From positions 1 to 64,000 of the IMG/VR virus record IMGVR_UViG_3300017788_002882: a stretch of 64,000 nucleotides of DNA; one strand, 5' to 3'. The notes under the pieces are model-generated. The model was not told the DNA's origin, made no database searches, and was given only the letters and a program-made list of their open reading frames with translations. The translations under genes were made by a program, and so were the position numbers. Positions 19,247 through 29,457 of this stretch are shown piece by piece; position 1 is the stretch's first letter, and every line of letters begins with the position of its first letter. Origin of the DNA: a virus.

Positions 19247-19671
19247 TAATTCCCAATAATTAAAACTGTTGTTAATCCAATTCCTAAAAAAGTTCCAACT
19301 TTCCACAACAACGTCTGAGCTTTCTGACCTTTTAGTTCTCTGTTAAGTTTATCAGTCAGTTCCTTTGATAATTTGAGTTGTTCGTCCTTTTTGTTGATTA
19401 TGAATTGGTTATTCTCATCTTTTTGAGTAAGAATCGTAATAATACCGTCTTTCTGAATTTCTCTTTCCTCAACCTTTTGTAGTTTGAGTTTCAATAAGCC
19501 CATTTCTTCCTTCAAACCATCGTACTTCAACAAATCTTGATAAACCAACCTTGCTGTTCTTACACTTAACACTACTTTTGTGGTGTCTATTTCATTGGTT
19601 TGAGTAACGCTCTGCGAAAAGCCTTTCAAGCTCAACATTACCAATAAAAACAACATTATTAACTTTTTCAT
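19246..19671 (-). CDS. Exported coiled-coil protein with C-terminal TM (spanin-like candidate)
   Basis: Signal peptide MKKLIMLFLLVMLSLKGFSQ, coiled coil, C-terminal hydrophobic helix; overlaps the upstream TM/coiled-coil gene. Confidence 0.5.
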   Translation of the reverse strand: MKKLIMLFLLVMLSLKGFSQSVTQTNEIDTTKVVLSVRTARLVYQDLLKYDGLKEEMGLLKLKLQKVEEREIQKDGIITILTQKDENNQFIINKKDEQLKLSKELTDKLNRELKGQKAQTLLWKVGTFLGIGLTTVLIIGN

Positions 19672-19945
19672 CAGTTTGTTCTTTGACAGTTTCAATATTA
19701 TTATCGATTTCATGAATTTCCTTAGTGATTGAATTTACAGTTTCTTTTATCACTAATACTTTTTCATCCATCTCTTTGTTTACCGACTGAGCAGAATCTA
19801 TTTCAACTTGGATATTTTCAATCTTTTCTTTGTAGGATTTCACATCTGTCTTTATCCCATTTGTATTCATGATATTCCACAAAGCCAAAATGATTACTAT
19901 GACAAGTAATATGTTTTGTTTGTTGTTGATGATTTTCTCTCTCAT
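19592..19945 (-). CDS. N-terminal TM plus coiled-coil protein (i-spanin-like candidate)
   Basis: ILLVIVIILALWNIM TM followed by heptad-rich region, near the amidase. Confidence 0.5.
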   Translation of the reverse strand: MREKIINNKQNILLVIVIILALWNIMNTNGIKTDVKSYKEKIENIQVEIDSAQSVNKEMDEKVLVIKETVNSITKEIHEIDNNIETVKEQTDEKVNNVVFIGNVELERLFAERYSNQ

Positions 19946-19946
19946 T

Positions 19947-20519
19947 TTACATTGGTGACTCTTTCGTCTTTTTTCTATTTGCTAAAACTCTACCCCACTT
20001 AGATTTGAACTTTTGGTAAAACTGTTGTAGTTTACTAATCATGTCCAAAAATTCTTGGTCCACTTTAATCATGTCTCCATTGATATAGATTCCACTATCT
20101 TCACCAATGGTAAGACTGAAGTCTATATCTTCATCAATTAATTTACCAGACCATTCCACACTGTTCTTATAAACATTCAATGTGTTAAAATCTGCTAAGT
20201 CAGAAACCTCTTCCACGAATTCATCCATCGTCTCTTGGAATGCAATTTTCTCATCAGTTGTTATGTCCAAATCACTTCTGTCTTTACCATGAAGTTGTAG
20301 GATTCCACCTGAAATTCTATACTTTTGGGATTTATCTTTCGGTGACGGAGTTTCACCCTGAGAAATTTCAGTCTCGGCTGTGTCATATTCAACATCTTGT
20401 TTCATTCTACTCTCAACATCTTTAGCGACGTTTATCTGAGTATCTTGTTCAAAGATTAACTTTGATTTTCGTAAGAGAGACTTAATCTCATCGTACCTTT
20501 CGTTATGCAAATTGTTCAT
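19947..20519 (-). CDS. Hypothetical protein
   Basis: 190-aa co-oriented ORF. Confidence 0.6.
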   Translation of the reverse strand: MNNLHNERYDEIKSLLRKSKLIFEQDTQINVAKDVESRMKQDVEYDTAETEISQGETPSPKDKSQKYRISGGILQLHGKDRSDLDITTDEKIAFQETMDEFVEEVSDLADFNTLNVYKNSVEWSGKLIDEDIDFSLTIGEDSGIYINGDMIKVDQEFLDMISKLQQFYQKFKSKWGRVLANRKKTKESPM

Positions 20520-21108
20520 TTTCTAAGAATTTAATAAAGGTTTCAAAATTGAAAGATGGGTTTAGGTCAGTGAAGTTCGAATTATAATTACTTCTTGTGG
20601 TTATTCCTTCGAAGTTTTCTATTCCGTCTACTTTAGTATTATGACCTACACACGTCTTTTCGATTTGGAGAGTATCTGTCAAATGTTTACACAACTCAGC
20701 AGTCATTTCTATTTGTTGAGGAGTGTAAGGTTGCCAGAAATAGTAATCTCTCCATTTCTTTTCATATACCTGCTGATTATAAATACTTCCTTTCCAGTTA
20801 ATATAATTGTTGGATAATGGTTTCTTTTCCAACCATCCCAAATTCTCCAAAGAAACAATTATAGAAAGCTTATTTACGATTACATCCTTGAAAAAATTAC
20901 TGTATCCGTTGTCAGGAAGTAATTGTAACACTTTCCCTTCACGAGTAACGATGTAGTTAGGTATTTTATCGTATTTGGAGTTGTACCTAAATTTAAGGGA
21001 AGCCAGGTATTCCCCGACTTCCCTTGAAGTATGACACAAAATTATTTGTGATTTTGGTTTGTATTTTCCAGTTAGTTTAAAATTTCCGTATTTTTCAATA
21101 TTAACCAT
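20503..21108 (-). CDS. N-acetylmuramoyl-L-alanine amidase-like protein (Amidase_2; endolysin candidate)
   Basis: IIL.HT, Y.V.R.G.V.Q, S.EN.G, YT..Q...T.EL...L and D.NP pattern. Confidence 0.7.
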   Translation of the reverse strand: MVNIEKYGNFKLTGKYKPKSQIILCHTSREVGEYLASLKFRYNSKYDKIPNYIVTREGKVLQLLPDNGYSNFFKDVIVNKLSIIVSLENLGWLEKKPLSNNYINWKGSIYNQQVYEKKWRDYYFWQPYTPQQIEMTAELCKHLTDTLQIEKTCVGHNTKVDGIENFEGITTRSNYNSNFTDLNPSFNFETFIKFLENEQFA

Positions 21109-21832
21109 GACTTCTCAAATAACTGAGTCTTTTAGGATTCGAATCATTTTCTTCAAGTTGTATTTCTACATCGAACTCCTGTACAGATTCATCATTCAAT
21201 GTCCCAAATTTTTGTTCATTTAATTTTCTTAACTCTTCTTCCAACTTTTCTAATTCCTCAGGAGTTGGAGTATATTTTTCTTTATCAAGTTCTGCTTCAA
21301 TTTTACCAGCCTCTTTACTCAATTCGTCAATATTGACTACCTGTGGTTCTATTGTTTGAACTTTTTTCTTCTCTTCTTCTTCGAACTTTACCAACATATG
21401 TAGGAAGGAAAGGGAGATGATTGGCAACATTCCACCAGCAAATAATGAAAGGAATCTTTTGTGTCCAACAAAATCACCTGATTCAACTCCCAAGTAAGTC
21501 ACAAATGGATCTACCAAGTCTACCCAATCTCTGAAAGATTCAGAGTTAATATCGATGTATTGATATGCGAAGAAGATGTTTCCAATGAACTGAATCAATG
21601 TAACAATACCAAATGGGAAATATACCTTTGCTCCCATCTGAGCGGAAATAGCCGCTAATGCTGACAACGCAGCAATTTCAATACCCACAGACAAATAAAT
21701 CGCCCAACTCAAAGGATTAGACAATCCATACCATGATGTTACGTGAGATATGGAAACAAAAGCAACTGTCAGAATCGGGACCAAAAATGAAATATAAATT
21801 ATGGTTCTGAAGTTTTTCTGAATCCAATTCAT
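21101..21832 (-). CDS. Multi-pass membrane protein with acidic tail (holin-like candidate)
   Basis: About four TM segments, adjacent to the amidase. Confidence 0.5.
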   Translation of the reverse strand: MNWIQKNFRTIIYISFLVPILTVAFVSISHVTSWYGLSNPLSWAIYLSVGIEIAALSALAAISAQMGAKVYFPFGIVTLIQFIGNIFFAYQYIDINSESFRDWVDLVDPFVTYLGVESGDFVGHKRFLSLFAGGMLPIISLSFLHMLVKFEEEEKKKVQTIEPQVVNIDELSKEAGKIEAELDKEKYTPTPEELEKLEEELRKLNEQKFGTLNDESVQEFDVEIQLEENDSNPKRLSYLRSHG

Positions 21833-22116
21833 TTAACTTGTGTTTTGAGTTTTTTTATCTGTTCTTCAATTTCTGTTTGTCTTCTGACATCAAGTAATTT
21901 TCTATCAGTTGCTTGAATCATTCTTTTTTCAGCTTCGAGACCAGATATTTGTAATTCTATATTCAGTTCTTGTTTAGTATATGTTGAATCTTTGATTGCC
22001 TCAATCTCTTGTCTCATTTTTGTAAGTTCCCTCGAGTCCCCACAGGATTTGAAAAATCCCAATACAGCAATAACCAATACGATTATAACGAAGTTGTTTT
22101 CAATAAATTTTTTCAT
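21829..22116 (-). CDS. Membrane-anchored or lipoprotein coiled-coil protein
   Basis: Hydrophobic N-terminus ending in FFKSCG. Confidence 0.55.
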   Translation of the reverse strand: MKKFIENNFVIIVLVIAVLGFFKSCGDSRELTKMRQEIEAIKDSTYTKQELNIELQISGLEAEKRMIQATDRKLLDVRRQTEIEEQIKKLKTQVK

Positions 22117-22147
22117 TTTGAAATATTTTATGTTTATCCTAAAATAT

Positions 22148-22177
22148 AAAAGGTGTATTAAATAAATACACCCTTTA
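22148..22177 (-). terminator. Probable terminator hairpin after the sigma factor
   Basis: AAAGGTGTATT...AATACACC(C)TTT inverted repeat. Confidence 0.5.
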
Positions 22178-22184
22178 TTCTATT

Positions 22185-22982
22185 TTACAAATAATCAAAC
22201 AAGACACCCGTCTCATTCCTTAATTTTCTCAGAGCTTTTTCTTTGATTTGTCTAACTCTTTCTTTGGTCAAATCGAAGTCGCCACCAATATCTTCCAATG
22301 TCCGTGTTGAACCTGACAAACCGAAATAGTCTTCGATAATTATCTTCTCCCTCTCATCCAATACATCCAACATACCCAAAAGTTTTCCCTTCAAATTATC
22401 CTCTGTGGACAAATTTTTGTCAGCAGAATCCGCATTTGGATTAACCAATACATCCAATAATGTATCACCCTCCTCATTCAAGGGATTATCCAAATTGATT
22501 GTGTAAGGAAGATTCACCAACTTCTCGGGTAATTCAACTCCCGCTTTTTCAAGTTCTTTCTTGGCCTTATGAAGTTCTTGAACAACATTGACAGGAAGTC
22601 TGATTGTTCTTGCATTCTCATTCAAGGATTGCAAGATTGATTGTCTCACCCACCAAACAGCGTATGAAATGAATCTTAACTTTTTTGTCCAATCGAAATT
22701 CTCAATCGCTTTCATAAGACCAAGGTTTCCCTCAGCAATCAAATCACACAAATCCAATCCTTGATTCTGATATTGTTTGGAGACTGTAATTACGAAACGC
22801 AAATTACCTTCCAACAATTCTTTTTGGATTTCTTTTTTCTCATCTTCTGTAATAACTCCTGACAACATTCTTTCAGCAAGTTCTCTCTCCCTTTCGGGAG
22901 TCATAACTTTAATCTTACGAATGTCTTTCAGGTAATGGCTAATCTCTTCTTGATTAATCGGAATTGAGGATTTTTCTTTCAT
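22185..22982 (-). CDS. rpoD: RNA polymerase sigma70 factor, short Bacteroidota RpoD/SigA type
   Basis: YL.DI, NLRFVI.V.KQYQNQGL...DLI.EGN.GL, FISYAVWWVRQSILQ, RTIRLP.N and LTKERVRQIKEKAL; no region 1.1. Confidence 0.93.
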   Translation of the reverse strand: MKEKSSIPINQEEISHYLKDIRKIKVMTPERERELAERMLSGVITEDEKKEIQKELLEGNLRFVITVSKQYQNQGLDLCDLIAEGNLGLMKAIENFDWTKKLRFISYAVWWVRQSILQSLNENARTIRLPVNVVQELHKAKKELEKAGVELPEKLVNLPYTINLDNPLNEEGDTLLDVLVNPNADSADKNLSTEDNLKGKLLGMLDVLDEREKIIIEDYFGLSGSTRTLEDIGGDFDLTKERVRQIKEKALRKLRNETGVLFDYL

Positions 22983-22983
22983 A

Positions 22984-23541
22984 TTAGTTTTTGCTGTAAT
23001 TTTGAAGTAGAGTTAATTCGTGTTTGGTGAGAGAATCCATTCCTAAGACATTAATCTTATCTAAGATAGTATCTAAAGTTGTTTTCACTGCTGGAGTACC
23101 CATCCATTGTGCAATCTTGGACTTGAATTGTGATTCCAATTCGTTAGAAAAACTCATGTCAATATCATCATCCTCGTCGTAGTCATCATACAAGTCAGTA
23201 TTCTCAACAACACCTCTCATGTCGATTGCATAGTCATTGTTTTGACCAGGATTATCCAAGTCAAATAAATGACCAGATTTTTCGTAAGGGACATGAACTG
23301 ACACTTTGTCAGATACTTCTGTCAAAATTAATATTTCACTATCAACATGGATAAGTCCAGTGATGTAATCAAAGATTTCGTCTTTGGGAACATCTGTTGC
23401 GAAGTACATCATTATAATTCCTCCTCCGAACTGATACTTCATGTTTGGTGATTCCACCAATGGTGCAACTGACATTACCAATTGATTACAACTCTCGTCT
23501 GTGATAAAATTTCCAATGACTGTCGCTAAATAGTTTTTCAT
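22984..23541 (-). CDS. Hypothetical protein with C-terminal LD.ILDKI...G.DSLT..E (DUF6576-like) motif
   Basis: C-terminus TLDTILDKINVLGMDSLTKHE. Confidence 0.6.
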   Translation of the reverse strand: MKNYLATVIGNFITDESCNQLVMSVAPLVESPNMKYQFGGGIIMMYFATDVPKDEIFDYITGLIHVDSEILILTEVSDKVSVHVPYEKSGHLFDLDNPGQNNDYAIDMRGVVENTDLYDDYDEDDDIDMSFSNELESQFKSKIAQWMGTPAVKTTLDTILDKINVLGMDSLTKHELTLLQNYSKN

Positions 23542-23556
23542 GTGTTTGATTTTTTT

Positions 23557-24057
23557 TTACAAAGATACTGATTTAATATTATTAACAAAATAAACTCTTC
23601 CTTTAGTTCCCGAATGTTGCTCGTACCACTTACCTTCTTTATCTTTCCAAACATAAGGATTGGTAGGATCGACATCCCATCGATACTGTGAATAAAAATC
23701 GAAGTCCTTTTTCAATAAATTGGACTTGTGGGAATCATGGAACTTTTGATTACCGAACCAGTCAGGATATTCCACAACCTCATCGATTTCTTCTTTGTCC
23801 ATGGTATTTCTGAAACCACGATTGACCCATTCATCAATACTCGCATTCAAGTACATCTTAAGAAGTGGAACATGGTTTCTCCACATAACAGAGCATGGAT
23901 GGTTTACCCACCCTTTATAGGGGGAACCATCCAACTTAGGTCTGCCAGTAATTGCACTGATGATTTGATAGGTTTCAACTCTTTGTTTGCCGAGTCTTTT
24001 GTCATCGAGGACTCTTAGTGATTCGGTCAAGTCGGCGTATGGTAGGAACGTTTGCAT
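23557..24057 (-). CDS. Pyrimidine-dimer DNA glycosylase / MSMEG_6728 family
   Basis: MQTFLPY...LD.KRLGKQRVE, W.NHP...MW, EW..RG and SH.SNLL.KD motifs. Confidence 0.88.
   Translation of the reverse strand: MQTFLPYADLTESLRVLDDKRLGKQRVETYQIISAITGRPKLDGSPYKGWVNHPCSVMWRNHVPLLKMYLNASIDEWVNRGFRNTMDKEEIDEVVEYPDWFGNQKFHDSHKSNLLKKDFDFYSQYRWDVDPTNPYVWKDKEGKWYEQHSGTKGRVYFVNNIKSVSL
23560..23589 (-). promoter_or_regulatory. Bacteroidota-type promoter (TTTG-N18-TATCTTTG)
   Basis: Plus strand CAAAGATA at 23560-23567 and CAAA at 23586-23589. Confidence 0.55.
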
Positions 24058-24084
24058 GACACAAAGATATAAATTAATTTGAGA

Positions 24085-24558
24085 TTAACGCAACATTAAA
24101 TCTGATAATCCATCAATTTGTATTTTACAAGCTAAATAACTCTCGTAATTCAAATAGGTTGGATTCTGTTTTGCAACAACTGTGACCTTACTGTGTTCTT
24201 CTTTTGATAATTTGACAGTTGAACAATATTTTTTCAATAGTTGAATGAATTGATTCAGTTCCATGTTTTCATTATTATCCAACTCAGAAAATATAAATCT
24301 CATTGCCTTACTTCTCTGTATGAAGTGGTCATCAACCAACTGACTCAACTCAATATCTTTTGCAGACTCAGACATCAACCCAGTCTTGAAAAACTTACAG
24401 TTTGTTAAGTCCCAAATCGGATTTCTGTTTCTAACAAAAAACTGTTTTAATTTGTTTTCATTTCCTCTGATGTTTCTGTAACGAATTAGTAACACCTTGA
24501 AATCTTCCAAAGTTTCTTCAATTTTGGATAATTGATTACGATTTAATTTTGCTTTCAT
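24085..24558 (-). CDS. Hypothetical protein (possible HNH-like remnant)
   Basis: DDHFI.R and EEH motifs; weak. Confidence 0.5.
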   Translation of the reverse strand: MKAKLNRNQLSKIEETLEDFKVLLIRYRNIRGNENKLKQFFVRNRNPIWDLTNCKFFKTGLMSESAKDIELSQLVDDHFIQRSKAMRFIFSELDNNENMELNQFIQLLKKYCSTVKLSKEEHSKVTVVAKQNPTYLNYESYLACKIQIDGLSDLMLR

Positions 24559-24597
24559 ATTGACAATTATAGTTGTTTTTTTTTATACTATCAAATC

Positions 24598-24620
24598 AAA
24601 ACCCCACCAAAGGGTGGGGT
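24598..24620 (-). terminator. Intrinsic terminator after the RM-like gene
   Basis: ACCCCACC-AAAG-GGTGGGGT stem followed by TTTG on the minus strand. Confidence 0.65.
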
Positions 24621-24626
24621 CTATTT

Positions 24627-27026
24627 CTACTTCTTCAAGAAACCAAGTTCATATACTAATGGTCTCATTCTATCTTCCAACGCTTTGTATAGTTGACGAA
24701 ACTCTTTGAACTCTTCTTGGAAATATTCTTTCCATACAAGTTTTAGTTGAGCATAACCTGCATCCCATGAGTTTAAGTGGTTCTCATCATTTGCCATAAC
24801 TTGACGAAGTTCCATGGACCTTTCAACAAGTTCTGTTGCTTTGTCCAGCACCGCCTTTGCATCGGGAGAAAGTTTGTCGTAGATTCTTTCTTCACCGAAT
24901 AGAAGTTTGTGAACATAACGGTCTGAAGATGTTCTTGCGTCGTTGTAAAGTTCATCATATCCGTTTTGGTCCGCAAATTCTTTCATCTTGTCTACAGACA
25001 TCCAAAAGAATTCGTTTTTGATATCCCATAGTTGGTCTTTGTATTCCACTTGGCGGAGAGAAGATTGTTGAGAACCATTATTGAATAAAGAATAAACAAT
25101 AGAGTCAACATTGAAATTTGAGGAAATTAAAGACTCTTCGTTTGGTGCAAGATATTCATCTTTTTCGTTTATCCAAGTCATTTTGATTGATTTTCTAACT
25201 GTGAATAAAGAAATTACCTTATGAAAATTGAATGGTAGTATATCAACATTAGCATTCAAAGATGAAGGACTTGTTGTTATGAAAACTTCAGTGCCACTTT
25301 TGTATATTTGATTACTATTGTTATTCATAGTTCCAAAAGATTCTTCACTTGTTTTCTTATCCTTCTGACTAACAGTAAGTGAACTACTTAAATTGGGTTT
25401 TACAATTTTTTTTTGTTTTTTTAACCCTTCTCTAACCCAATCACCTGCTGACTTTTGTGTATCACAATTATAAAAAACTTTGTTAGCTACTTTTATAATT
25501 TCCAAATTTTCATTTTTTACCAAAACATCGAAGTTGAAATTATTTTCTGTGCTATTTTTTTTCCAAATACTAAATGATAATCCCCAAGATTTAGTGTCTG
25601 CGAATTCATTAGAATTCATGAGAAATCCATTTTCGAAACCATATTTACATAAAATCTTTTTTCTGAAATCAGTAAACCCCTCACTAGTCAAAAACATTGG
25701 TTTACTGAAAAAAGCAATATTAATATTAGAAGAGATTGAATCAAGTCTCCAAAAAAATTGGGTGTAGAGTTGCTTCTGAGCTTGAGAAAATTTCTCTTTG
25801 GACATTTCTCGCTGAATCATATTTTCAGTAGTTCCTTCTTTACTATCATCAACTTTATTCATATTGGAACTCGTAGCGTAAGGCGGATTCATCAACACAA
25901 TTATTTCTCTACCGCTCTCAATCGCATTTCTCAAACCTACGGGAAGTTTCTCGTAGTCATCATTTAAGAAGTCATATTGAAACTTCACGGCTTCAGGATT
26001 ATATCCCATCTGATTTGCAGTATCAATATCTGATTGATTCAGAGTTGAAACATAAAGTTCTTTGAACTTGTAATCACGGGTAAGATTACCTGTACCCCAA
26101 GCTGGGTCCCAAACAATATACTTCTCCTTCCAATCTTCACCATACACTGATGCAATGTATTCGTGAGCTTTATCCACCCAAATTGCAGGTGTGAAGAACT
26201 CACCTTGTTTACGACGGGTTGTGTCCTCAATAATACGGTCAACCACAGCAGCTAACTTGTGTTTCTGTGATGGAGAGTAGGATGACGCAAAGTGAGCAAA
26301 GAATGATTGAAACGCATCTCTTGATACAATTGAAACCTCCCCAAATGATTTGGTCACAACAGTTTTTCTTTTGTTTACAGGATGAAGGTAATTATCATCT
26401 TTGTTAACAAGGATTTGAATGAAAAGGTTCGCCCTCTCATTAGTTGTAAGTTTGGTTTTTCCCAAAACTTTTTCATCAAAGTAACGGAATACTTCAGTCA
26501 TATTCTTATCAGTAACAAGAACTTTACGTTGAACATTGTCCGTCAAATCCTGAACTTTATCAATACAATCAAGGAAATGATTTGAGGTATAAACAAATGG
26601 ATTGATGGATTCGTCTTTCATAAGGGCAATAACCAACTCACCTATGGTATGAGCTTGTGAAGGAGCAATCGACCAATTGAGGTCCATCTCAAGATACTTG
26701 ATAATATCATTGACGTGGATTGCCACACACTCATTTCTATCTCCGATAAAAATGGTAGATGGTGGAATAATACCCTTGTCATAGAATTTTTTGATATAGA
26801 AAACAGATTGAGCGAGAACCTTGACAAGATCAGCCTTGTTTGAAAGATTCACATCGTCTTTGAACTCCATAAGAGTTCGGACTTTGAAAATTTTTGAAAC
26901 CCCAAACCCATCACATCCGAATGGAGAAGTAATCTCCATATCCTTAAATTTCTTGAGGAAATTGTGACGGTAGGTGTTCTCTACATCTTTTTCGTTTATA
27001 GCGGAAGTCAATACGTTTGTCATCAT
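24627..27026 (-). CDS. Type IIG-like restriction-modification fusion (PD-(D/E)XK nuclease-like + gamma N6-adenine MTase + TRD)
   Basis: N-terminal E.DV...CDG...LMEFK; GEFFTP, WDPAWGTGNL and MNPPY in gamma order. Confidence 0.8.
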   Translation of the reverse strand: MMTNVLTSAINEKDVENTYRHNFLKKFKDMEITSPFGCDGFGVSKIFKVRTLMEFKDDVNLSNKADLVKVLAQSVFYIKKFYDKGIIPPSTIFIGDRNECVAIHVNDIIKYLEMDLNWSIAPSQAHTIGELVIALMKDESINPFVYTSNHFLDCIDKVQDLTDNVQRKVLVTDKNMTEVFRYFDEKVLGKTKLTTNERANLFIQILVNKDDNYLHPVNKRKTVVTKSFGEVSIVSRDAFQSFFAHFASSYSPSQKHKLAAVVDRIIEDTTRRKQGEFFTPAIWVDKAHEYIASVYGEDWKEKYIVWDPAWGTGNLTRDYKFKELYVSTLNQSDIDTANQMGYNPEAVKFQYDFLNDDYEKLPVGLRNAIESGREIIVLMNPPYATSSNMNKVDDSKEGTTENMIQREMSKEKFSQAQKQLYTQFFWRLDSISSNINIAFFSKPMFLTSEGFTDFRKKILCKYGFENGFLMNSNEFADTKSWGLSFSIWKKNSTENNFNFDVLVKNENLEIIKVANKVFYNCDTQKSAGDWVREGLKKQKKIVKPNLSSSLTVSQKDKKTSEESFGTMNNNSNQIYKSGTEVFITTSPSSLNANVDILPFNFHKVISLFTVRKSIKMTWINEKDEYLAPNEESLISSNFNVDSIVYSLFNNGSQQSSLRQVEYKDQLWDIKNEFFWMSVDKMKEFADQNGYDELYNDARTSSDRYVHKLLFGEERIYDKLSPDAKAVLDKATELVERSMELRQVMANDENHLNSWDAGYAQLKLVWKEYFQEEFKEFRQLYKALEDRMRPLVYELGFLKK

Positions 27027-27074
27027 GATGCTAATGTAATCATAATTAATTTAGATACAAAAAAAATCTCACAA

Positions 27075-29456
27075 TTATTGTGAGACTTTTGAAATGTTGT
27101 CAGTCTTGGTGATTCTGACCGTGTTGTTAGCCCAGTTATTAACCAGTGGATTGTGAGTGATAACAAATATCTTTTCGAAATAGTCTTTCATCTTTGTGAA
27201 GAATTCTCCAACCATTTCCAAGTTATCATTAGATATCTTTCCGAAGACCTCATCCCAAACAATTACATTTGCCTTTGGTAAGGAACATACTTTAGATAAT
27301 ACCGCTCTTAACGCCATTGCCGCAATTGTTCTTTCATAACCCGATCCCGAAACCATGAGTTTTTCAATACCAGTTGAGTTATCGATCATCATGAACTCCA
27401 CCTCATTTTTGTCATTGATACGAATCTCCAAGTTGAAGTAAGCCGAATCCTGTAAAAGTCTTTGAAGTTCAGAATTAATTAGAGGAATCAAGGTCTTCAT
27501 AATCATTTTAGTAATTCCATTCTTACCATAAACTTCAACATAGATTTTATAAATCTTTTCTCTTTCAAATTCTTCAGCAATTTTCAAGATTAGTTCGTTG
27601 TTCTTTTCGATTCTCGATTCAAGTGTCTCGATACGAGTTGAATTTGTATTTTGAACTTTTTCATACCCTCTTTTCTCCCCAATTAATTCGTCGATGCGTA
27701 ATCCCGCCTTTAACAACTGAGCATCGATGTCGTTGTTCTTTTTGATTTTGTCTTGAACTTCCTCATATCTTTTGAGTTTATCTTTGGCTTGACCCAACTT
27801 TAGTTGAGTGGATTCCAAAGATAACTCATATTTTTCTTTTATGAGTTTGTTTCTTTCATATTCATCAAAATCTTTTTTGAGTTGAGTAAAAGATTGTTCC
27901 TTCTTCTCATACCCATCGATTTCTTCTTTGAAGTCTTGAACTAATCTTTTGAATGAGTCAAGTTGCTTAATCTTTTCATTGATTAACTTTGCTTCCATCA
28001 ATTTGATTCCACAGTGTTCGCATTGAATTCCATCACCATATTTTTCAATAAGGTCTTGGATTTCCTCAACTTTGTTCTCACAAGTAACCAGCTCAGCAAA
28101 TCTAGATTTGATTATTTCTTTTACATTGTCATGTTTGTCCTCATGATAGAATTCTTTAGGTTCAACAATCTTAACCTCTTTGATAAGTCTGATTGTTTTT
28201 TCTTCAGACTCTTCGAGGTCAGAGATTTCTGATTGCAACTTGATTGGATTAAGGGTAATGAGTTCCTTGTCCAAATCTGTAAACTTGGACTTCAACAAAT
28301 TATCTTTATACTCTTGTCCCTTCTGAAGTCTTTTGTCAACATCTGAGATGTTTTTGGACATCTCGATAATCTCATCCTTCATTCTGACAATCTCCTCACC
28401 AGAGGTCTCGTTATCCTGTTTAAGAGACTCCGTATTATAGACATTGGATATCATTCCTTTGGAGAATTGTGAGTAAAGTTCTTTACCTGTTTCCTCCTTT
28501 TTCTTAAGGAACTCAAGTCCGAGGAACCTACTCAATACTTGTCCTCGAGCAGTTGGTTTCGCCTCCAACAAATCCTCAAGATTGGATGCTGTTGTAACAA
28601 TGGTCATCAAGAAGTCTTCCATACTTCCGATGGATTTCTTCATGAAGTTTTCTGTCTCACGTCTTTGTTCACCAGTGAAGTTTTGAAGTTGACCATCAGC
28701 AAGTTTCTTGAAGAACTCAAGATCGGTTTTAATATTCCATTCACCTGCTTTGGATTTCTTTCTTTCAATCTGACGAACAATAACATAATCTTCACCATCA
28801 ATTGTGATATCACCCTTGACACTAACTTTATTCACATCAGTAAATCTGTTGAAGATTTCTTCAGCCTTTTGGGTTTTGGTTGTTGTGTTGAAAAATAAAA
28901 ACAACAGAAGGTCGACGGTTAATACCGTCTTCCCTCCGAAGTTTGGTGGGTCAGATTCAACTACCGTAATCCCATTACACTTTTCAAAATCAATTATTTG
29001 ATTCTGTCCATAAGACAAGAAGTTACTGAATTCAATTTTCTTGATGTACCATCTTTTGAATGGAGTAACTTCAACTTCATCTGCCAACATTTTGTTTTCA
29101 ACCGCAAGGTCGATATTCATTAGTTGGTCAAAATATTGTTCTTGACCTTTGGACTCCAAATAAGTTTTTACCAACTCCTTTTGGTAATTCTTATCCATGA
29201 TGTTTACAGAAACATCAATGGTCTGCATTGAGTCATCATCAGAGGTCTTTACCTTTGTAATAACATTAATGTTTGTTGAAGAATACTTTTTCATAAAGTA
29301 TTGCTTCACAGACTTGATTCTTTCCTGAGTAAAGTTTTCTGGTGTATCTTCCCAAATTACCTGAATGTAAGGATTTTCTAATATAGATACGTCTAAATTA
29401 GTTGGCATATTTGAATAGTTGTAAGTTGGATATGGATTGAATAAATCCCATTTCAT
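27075..29456 (-). CDS. SbcC/Rad50-like ATPase (gp46-like recombination endonuclease subunit)
   Basis: NFLSYG, Walker A NFGGKT, coiled coil with CEHC zinc hook, signature SGSGYE, Walker B WDEVFG and H-loop ITHN. Confidence 0.9.
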   Translation of the reverse strand: MKWDLFNPYPTYNYSNMPTNLDVSILENPYIQVIWEDTPENFTQERIKSVKQYFMKKYSSTNINVITKVKTSDDDSMQTIDVSVNIMDKNYQKELVKTYLESKGQEQYFDQLMNIDLAVENKMLADEVEVTPFKRWYIKKIEFSNFLSYGQNQIIDFEKCNGITVVESDPPNFGGKTVLTVDLLLFLFFNTTTKTQKAEEIFNRFTDVNKVSVKGDITIDGEDYVIVRQIERKKSKAGEWNIKTDLEFFKKLADGQLQNFTGEQRRETENFMKKSIGSMEDFLMTIVTTASNLEDLLEAKPTARGQVLSRFLGLEFLKKKEETGKELYSQFSKGMISNVYNTESLKQDNETSGEEIVRMKDEIIEMSKNISDVDKRLQKGQEYKDNLLKSKFTDLDKELITLNPIKLQSEISDLEESEEKTIRLIKEVKIVEPKEFYHEDKHDNVKEIIKSRFAELVTCENKVEEIQDLIEKYGDGIQCEHCGIKLMEAKLINEKIKQLDSFKRLVQDFKEEIDGYEKKEQSFTQLKKDFDEYERNKLIKEKYELSLESTQLKLGQAKDKLKRYEEVQDKIKKNNDIDAQLLKAGLRIDELIGEKRGYEKVQNTNSTRIETLESRIEKNNELILKIAEEFEREKIYKIYVEVYGKNGITKMIMKTLIPLINSELQRLLQDSAYFNLEIRINDKNEVEFMMIDNSTGIEKLMVSGSGYERTIAAMALRAVLSKVCSLPKANVIVWDEVFGKISNDNLEMVGEFFTKMKDYFEKIFVITHNPLVNNWANNTVRITKTDNISKVSQ

Positions 29457-29457
29457 T

